From: a virus
Lineage: Duplodnaviria > Caudoviricetes
Reading direction: 5' to 3' (one strand)
Virus record (IMG/VR): IMGVR_UViG_3300030104_006890
Span: 1-54,206 of that record
Length of the DNA: 54,206 bases
Shown here: in pieces, positions 49,809 to 54,206 of the stretch
Layout: every line of letters begins with the position of its first letter
Position numbering within the stretch: the stretch's first letter is position 1
Program-made: the position numbers and the translations under genes
The notes under the pieces: model-generated
What the model was told of the DNA's origin: nothing
The model's input: only the letters and a program-made list of their open reading frames with translations
The model's database searches: none

Positions 49809-50312
49809 TTACCTCGTTGCTAATATTCTCTTTTTATATTCATCTCTTGATGGTTCTATTTTACCAGACACCACATCAAGAACAAAATTTATTGTGACAT
49901 CATTTGCCACCAAATCACCACACCTAGCCGTAACAGTTCCCTTCAACCCATCTATAATTATAGAACCCGTTACCTTGGCAAAGTCTTCAAATAATTGTGT
50001 ATCTATAGTGTGTTGTCCATCTTTTGGTTTCCACTCAGGTACAGTATATTGTGAATAACAAAAATCTCTGTGGTCTGCTGGAAATGAATGTGGTATTGAC
50101 TCGTCTATTATGTAGACCTTATCTAAATTTTTTACATAGTATGGATCTTTAAGTGTAACATCATACCAACCATACTCTTTATCACTTTTGTATGTTTCTT
50201 CACCCAACATATCCATAAGTGTTTTAAGATACTTGTCAGCATCCTTATTTTTGAAGACACCAGCCTCTTCGTTTATCCGTTGTTCAGATATTAAATTCAT
50301 TAACTTAATCAT
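49809..50312 (-). CDS. Hypothetical protein with MIKLMNLISE leader
   Basis: 167 aa ORF; contains HSFPADHRDF and ARC motifs. Confidence 0.8.
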   Translation of the reverse strand: MIKLMNLISEQRINEEAGVFKNKDADKYLKTLMDMLGEETYKSDKEYGWYDVTLKDPYYVKNLDKVYIIDESIPHSFPADHRDFCYSQYTVPEWKPKDGQHTIDTQLFEDFAKVTGSIIIDGLKGTVTARCGDLVANDVTINFVLDVVSGKIEPSRDEYKKRILATR

Positions 50313-50315
50313 CTT

Positions 50316-50774
50316 TTACCCCTTATCCAACGATTTATCTATTTTTATATCATCTTGTCTTTCCACCATTACCATTATATGTTCTGGTATGAATAGTGTT
50401 TCATCCATAAAATCATCATCAATTAATTTTGCTACATACCCTAATTGAAAAGATGCCGTATTAGTTATCTCAATACCATGTTTTATAGGATCGTGATTTA
50501 ATGCTTCTTTATTTACAACAGCTTTTTCCATCTCGAATATATGGTCAATTCCTTTAGCAGCCTCGACAATATACTTTGTTGCTTCTTCGTTATCTACTTT
50601 ATCTAATTTAGTAAATAAACTTACAGCTGAAGCACATATGTCAAAATGTTTGGTTTCATATCCCTTTACAGTTATTTCCTTACCACTTCCAAAATGAGAT
50701 GGAATTTCATGTTCAGGTTTTTTATCAACCTTAAAATCATCTTGTTCTCTTAGTAAATCTTTTAATTTAATCAT
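50316..50774 (-). CDS. Hypothetical protein with MIKLKDLLRE leader
   Basis: 152 aa ORF; ATGA overlap with the upstream kinase gene. Confidence 0.8.
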   Translation of the reverse strand: MIKLKDLLREQDDFKVDKKPEHEIPSHFGSGKEITVKGYETKHFDICASAVSLFTKLDKVDNEEATKYIVEAAKGIDHIFEMEKAVVNKEALNHDPIKHGIEITNTASFQLGYVAKLIDDDFMDETLFIPEHIMVMVERQDDIKIDKSLDKG

Positions 50775-51517
50775 TTTATTCCTTTAAGTATAAGTTGTCT
50801 TTCAACCCATTTTTTACCACGATAGTTTTTAACTGGTTTTTTGATAAAAGAACCAATACCCTTTTTAACCAACATATTAAATTTTTTGGTAGCTTGTTTT
50901 TCACTTAAGGTATTTGAATTATCGACCATCATAAAATTCGCATTTCCAAAAAGACCTTGAAAGTATATTTTATTTTTTTGAACATCATTCCAAGATTCTT
51001 CTACTAATTCAGGATTAAGTTTTCTTGGTCTTTCCATATTTCTTTTTTGTGCTACTTCTAAATCTGTATGGACAAATACCATAAAACAATCATATCCTAT
51101 TTCTTCTAATTCTAATTTTCTCTTTCGTATCTTATCAAACTTATGACCTGTACCGTCTATTATCATACCCAAACGACCTTCCATATAAAGTTTTTGTCTA
51201 TCCCTAGTCAACTCTTTTGCCCTACCTCGTAAGCCACTATAATCTTCGTAATCAGGATCTGTCAATTGTCTAAATAGTTCTTCTGGCATATCGTCTAAGT
51301 CTGTACCAAATCCATACTTGTTTAACATACGAACTAATTCTTTATCTTGATTTACAAGTTTCAATCCATAAGCCGATACATTAACTTTCTTTGGTATTCC
51401 AAATAATCCTTGTCCTACAAAACCTTTACCACTACCAGGTCCTCCAGCAAGAAATACAGCTTTAAGTATGCCAGGATCTAAAACACCTTCTAGTAGTATT
51501 TGTTTTAAATGTACCAT
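50771..51517 (-). CDS. P-loop kinase (zeta-toxin/AAA_33-like) with MVHLKQILLE leader
   Basis: KAVFLAGGPGSGK Walker A, IIDGTG Walker B-like and RNMERPR lid. Confidence 0.85.
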   Translation of the reverse strand: MVHLKQILLEGVLDPGILKAVFLAGGPGSGKGFVGQGLFGIPKKVNVSAYGLKLVNQDKELVRMLNKYGFGTDLDDMPEELFRQLTDPDYEDYSGLRGRAKELTRDRQKLYMEGRLGMIIDGTGHKFDKIRKRKLELEEIGYDCFMVFVHTDLEVAQKRNMERPRKLNPELVEESWNDVQKNKIYFQGLFGNANFMMVDNSNTLSEKQATKKFNMLVKKGIGSFIKKPVKNYRGKKWVERQLILKGIK

Positions 51518-51523
51518 TACATT

Positions 51524-51531
51524 TATAAATA
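51524..51531 (-). promoter_or_regulatory. Putative late promoter TATTTATA
   Basis: Intergenic, 6 nt upstream of the kinase ATG. Confidence 0.55.
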
Positions 51532-51555
51532 TAATGAAAATGGGAAAGAAATTCT

Positions 51556-52167
51556 TTAAACTTTTTTCAATTTATTTTTTAGTTGAACTATATACTCATC
51601 TATCTTTTTGACATCTTTGTGGTCATCTGATATCTTTTCTCGTTTTAAAATTAACTTACCTAATGCCTTTTGTATGTCTAATTTTGTTAGACCTTTCATG
51701 CTTTTTCTATAATATAAATGTTCTAATGCTTCGTCTTCAGCTTCAGCACCACGAACACCAGCAACTGCAGTTATGTATTCTGTTTCGTAGATTACTTCTT
51801 CTCCAATTTCTTGAATCTCTTCCCATACTGTGTTTTCCCACATAGCTTCCATATCAAAATTTATATCTTCTACCTTAGCCATTTCTATACTGTCTTGTAT
51901 TGCTTGTTGTCTCTGTTGTTTTTTTCTATGTTTAGCAAACTCTGCATCGTAATATGTGGTTGATATCGAATCACACTCACTTAACCATTGACCATAATTT
52001 TTCCAATTTGGTGAACCATTAGAATCTCTATATTCTGTATCATCACAATCAACACCTCTAAAGGTTGATGTTTTAAAATCTGATACGCGAGTTACTTGAC
52101 TATAACTTAGTTGGATGTTCAGACAAATAAAAAGTATTAGAGTCGTATTCAAAATACCAAATCTCAT
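51556..52167 (-). CDS. Exported protein associated with the pilin cluster
   Basis: Hydrophobic N-terminal signal-like segment; AGGAGA RBS; TAVAGVRG motif. Start uncertain (68-bp overlap with the upstream gene). Confidence 0.7.
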   Translation of the reverse strand: MRFGILNTTLILFICLNIQLSYSQVTRVSDFKTSTFRGVDCDDTEYRDSNGSPNWKNYGQWLSECDSISTTYYDAEFAKHRKKQQRQQAIQDSIEMAKVEDINFDMEAMWENTVWEEIQEIGEEVIYETEYITAVAGVRGAEAEDEALEHLYYRKSMKGLTKLDIQKALGKLILKREKISDDHKDVKKIDEYIVQLKNKLKKV

Positions 52168-52495
52168 TATTCATTCTCCTATGATATAGTTTAGTTCCAT
52201 CAAATTGCCACTCATTATCTTCATCAGGTATTCCTAACTCGTGAGTAACAATAACACCTCTTGTACGACCTAATACAGATAATGGATGGTCAGGCCACAC
52301 ATCGGTGTCTGTTAATTCTTTTTGAATATCAGCATACAGTTCTAACTCTTCCCACAATCGATGAGCAAATTGTTTTTCTGCTTTTAATTCTTCTAATTCA
52401 ATTCTTTTTTCAAATCTTGGAATAGCTATAGCACTTAGTATACCAATCAATAAAATCACTACTACAAGCTCGAATAAAGTGTAGCCTTTATTCAC
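52100..52495 (-). CDS. Type IV pilin/pseudopilin-like protein
   Basis: Class III signal KG|YTLFELVVVILLIGILSAIAIPRF. Confidence 0.9.
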   Translation of the reverse strand: MNKGYTLFELVVVILLIGILSAIAIPRFEKRIELEELKAEKQFAHRLWEELELYADIQKELTDTDVWPDHPLSVLGRTRGVIVTHELGIPDEDNEWQFDGTKLYHRRMNNEIWYFEYDSNTFYLSEHPTKL

Positions 52496-52941
52496 TAGAT
52501 TTCTCCGATTATATATTCCTCATATGATGGACTATCTTCGTCCACATCACTAATAATAAATAGTTTAGTTATATATCCTTGCTCAGATGTATCTGATTCT
52601 ATTTCATATTTAAATGGATTTTGATTGGAATTAAATGGCAAATCTCCACTAAACAAATGATTAGGAGTTCTACCATCAGATAATACTATTTGACGATATT
52701 CTCCATCTAATAAATTATTTTCTGGCTCTGTAGGAAGTTGAGGATTACCTTTCATATGTGTCTCTTGATAATATCTCAAAAATGTATCTTTTATAATTGA
52801 CATATTGGCAAGATTAATTTGTCGTTGGGTATCCATAGTCACATTACTAAAAGTGGGAATAGCAAATGACATTACTACTCCCACTAATGCAATACTAACA
52901 ACCATCTCTGCCAATGTGAAACCAGCATTTGAGTTTCTCAT
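52495..52941 (-). CDS. Type IV pilin/pseudopilin-like protein
   Basis: Class III signal AG|FTLAEMVVSIALVGVVMSFAIP. Confidence 0.9.
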   Translation of the reverse strand: MRNSNAGFTLAEMVVSIALVGVVMSFAIPTFSNVTMDTQRQINLANMSIIKDTFLRYYQETHMKGNPQLPTEPENNLLDGEYRQIVLSDGRTPNHLFSGDLPFNSNQNPFKYEIESDTSEQGYITKLFIISDVDEDSPSYEEYIIGEI

Positions 52942-52952
52942 TGGTATCCCCT

Positions 52953-53384
52953 CTAATCTACAATAGCTTCTCTAGCACCAATTGAACCAACACCAGCATT
53001 GTCGCCTGTTTGAACCCCCTTATCGTAAGTCCAAGCATAACGAGTGTTATCTTTTCGTTGGTGTGTGATTTTGTTGGTTGTGGTATTGAATGTCCACTCA
53101 CCATCGGTATCAGCATTATCAACATCTGTTGAATCGTATCCTACTGGTACTTGGTCTAAAGCATCAAAAGGATGGGTTGGCCAACTCTTTCTACCATTAT
53201 CAAGAAGTTGTTCAACAGCGTAGTTTTCCAAACCAGCCTTAACAGAAGATATTATTGCATCTTCCGCAGCCTGTTCTGCTTTGTCTACTACACCAACATA
53301 TCTTGGTATAGCTACTGCTGCAAGAATTCCTAAAATGATAGTAACCATTATTAGTTCTATTAATGTGAATCCTTTGTTGTTCAT
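52953..53384 (-). CDS. Type IV pilin-like protein
   Basis: Canonical KG|FTLIELIMVTIILGILAAVAIPRY. Confidence 0.93.
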   Translation of the reverse strand: MNNKGFTLIELIMVTIILGILAAVAIPRYVGVVDKAEQAAEDAIISSVKAGLENYAVEQLLDNGRKSWPTHPFDALDQVPVGYDSTDVDNADTDGEWTFNTTTNKITHQRKDNTRYAWTYDKGVQTGDNAGVGSIGAREAIVD

Positions 53385-53414
53385 TGTATTCTCCGCTCGA
53401 TTTCGAGTCTGATT

Positions 53415-54053
53415 TTAAGGTTGTAATTTTTTGTTAAAGTTCTTTGGACTTTCCAAATCTGCAATGTAAAGAATTGGAGCATAGGATTGTTGTCCACTTC
53501 CACCACCAGCAATTACTGTGTAGATATAGTGACCATCCTGGAAAGGTGATTTGATAGCATTACCACCAAACTCATTTAAGAACTCCTCAGCACCAGCCGA
53601 AACATCAAATGAACCATCATTATCATCATCTTCTGATACATTCACAGAAGAACCTTGTGGTGCTGGTGATTCTAAATTTGCTGTTCCAAACACCGAAGCC
53701 CATTTGGATGCCTCTTGACTTTCAAAAGTTTCAAATAAATCGATACTTGTGATAAGTAAATCTTCGTTAGCATATCCACCGTTATTATCAGGTACACTTT
53801 CGTTGTACTTTACCTGACCAGGAAATCTTCCACGACCTTCTGATGTTACTTTAGCGTTATAAAAATTGTTAGCTGATTTCATTATCTTATCGATATCAGC
53901 AAGGGTTTTCTTTTCCTTAGCACCTTCTCCAACACCGGAAAATTTAGGTGCAGCAGTAGTAGCAAGTGTAGCCATCATAGCAGTTGTTACTGCAAATTCA
54001 GCGAGTGACTGGCCACTACGACCTTTAAAGTATTTTTTGATTGATTTGAACAT
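53415..54053 (-). CDS. Pilin-like protein with variant class III signal peptide
   Basis: Basic leader then SG|QSLAEFAVTTAMMATLATTAAP (Glu at +5, Pro at +22); AGGAGA RBS. Confidence 0.75.
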   Translation of the reverse strand: MFKSIKKYFKGRSGQSLAEFAVTTAMMATLATTAAPKFSGVGEGAKEKKTLADIDKIMKSANNFYNAKVTSEGRGRFPGQVKYNESVPDNNGGYANEDLLITSIDLFETFESQEASKWASVFGTANLESPAPQGSSVNVSEDDDNDGSFDVSAGAEEFLNEFGGNAIKSPFQDGHYIYTVIAGGGSGQQSYAPILYIADLESPKNFNKKLQP

Positions 54054-54099
54054 TTCAGTTCTCCTATTAAGTTGTTATTGTTACCTATATAATACAATA

Positions 54100-54126
54100 A
54101 TTGTACCACAACCTGTTATTTTACAA
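54100..54126 (-). promoter_or_regulatory. Possible sigma70-like promoter for the pilin operon
   Basis: TTGTAA, 15 nt spacer, extended -10 TGgTACAAT, with upstream A-tracts. The spacing is suboptimal and the region is AT-rich. Confidence 0.35.
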
Positions 54127-54177
54127 ATTTTTTTTTATTTTTTTATTTGTGTTGATATTGTTGAACTTAGAGTATAA

Positions 54178-54206
54178 AATAAAAAACCCCACTAAAAAGT
54201 GAGGTT
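54178..54206 (-). terminator. Rho-independent terminator
   Basis: Minus strand AACCUCACU-UUUU-AGUGGGGUU followed by a U-run. Confidence 0.7.

Noticed and set aside
50771-51517. Toxin-antitoxin (zeta/epsilon) system
   Set aside because: Only a generic P-loop kinase similarity is visible, no antitoxin is recognisable, and the leader tag points to head cargo instead.
53396-53407. Short inverted repeat CTCGA/TCGAG beside the pilin RBS
   Set aside because: The stem is only 4-5 bp with no U-tail, too weak to call a terminator or regulatory element.
123-54177. Numerous plus-strand ORFs of 60-150 aa in the ORF track
   Set aside because: They lie antisense to well-supported minus-strand genes, lack recognisable motifs and mirror the sense codon bias (shadow ORFs).
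1-54206. Genome-wide UGA reassignment (genetic code 4 or 25) as the explanation of the in-frame UGA
   Set aside because: UGA is a real stop at ATGA overlaps (7340, 10334, 48904, 50771) and at a paralogue-aligned end (13667), and all long genes are intact under code 11.

Overview
This window is an AT-rich fragment of a large T4-related (Far-T4-like) tailed phage genome, probably aquatic, with almost every gene on the minus strand. In transcription order (right to left) it holds: four type IV pilin-like genes and an exported protein; a set of small proteins with a shared N-terminal MIKLxxLIxE leader; RuvC-like resolvase, primase and a fused Mre11-Rad50 (gp47/gp46) nuclease; about 32 kb of modular tail-fibre/adhesin genes, including four LamG-like lectins; a GH108 endolysin; a Nudix hydrolase and a two-domain nucleotidyltransferase; and the head module (terminase, portal, prohead protease and a basic polyprotein running off the left edge). 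The top candidate for a new system is a gene the ORF track missed (49486-49806, minus). It has a good RBS and start, an in-frame UGA at codon 12, and a GC-rich hairpin right after the UGA that resembles a bacterial SECIS, which suggests a phage-encoded selenoprotein. Other notable signals are a capsid-targeting/protease-cleavage code on putative head cargo, the phage-borne pilins, a TATTTATA late-promoter motif, a three-way-junction RNA leader and DNA-level homogenised repeats in the fibre genes. All family calls come from reading motifs by eye; no database searches were run.
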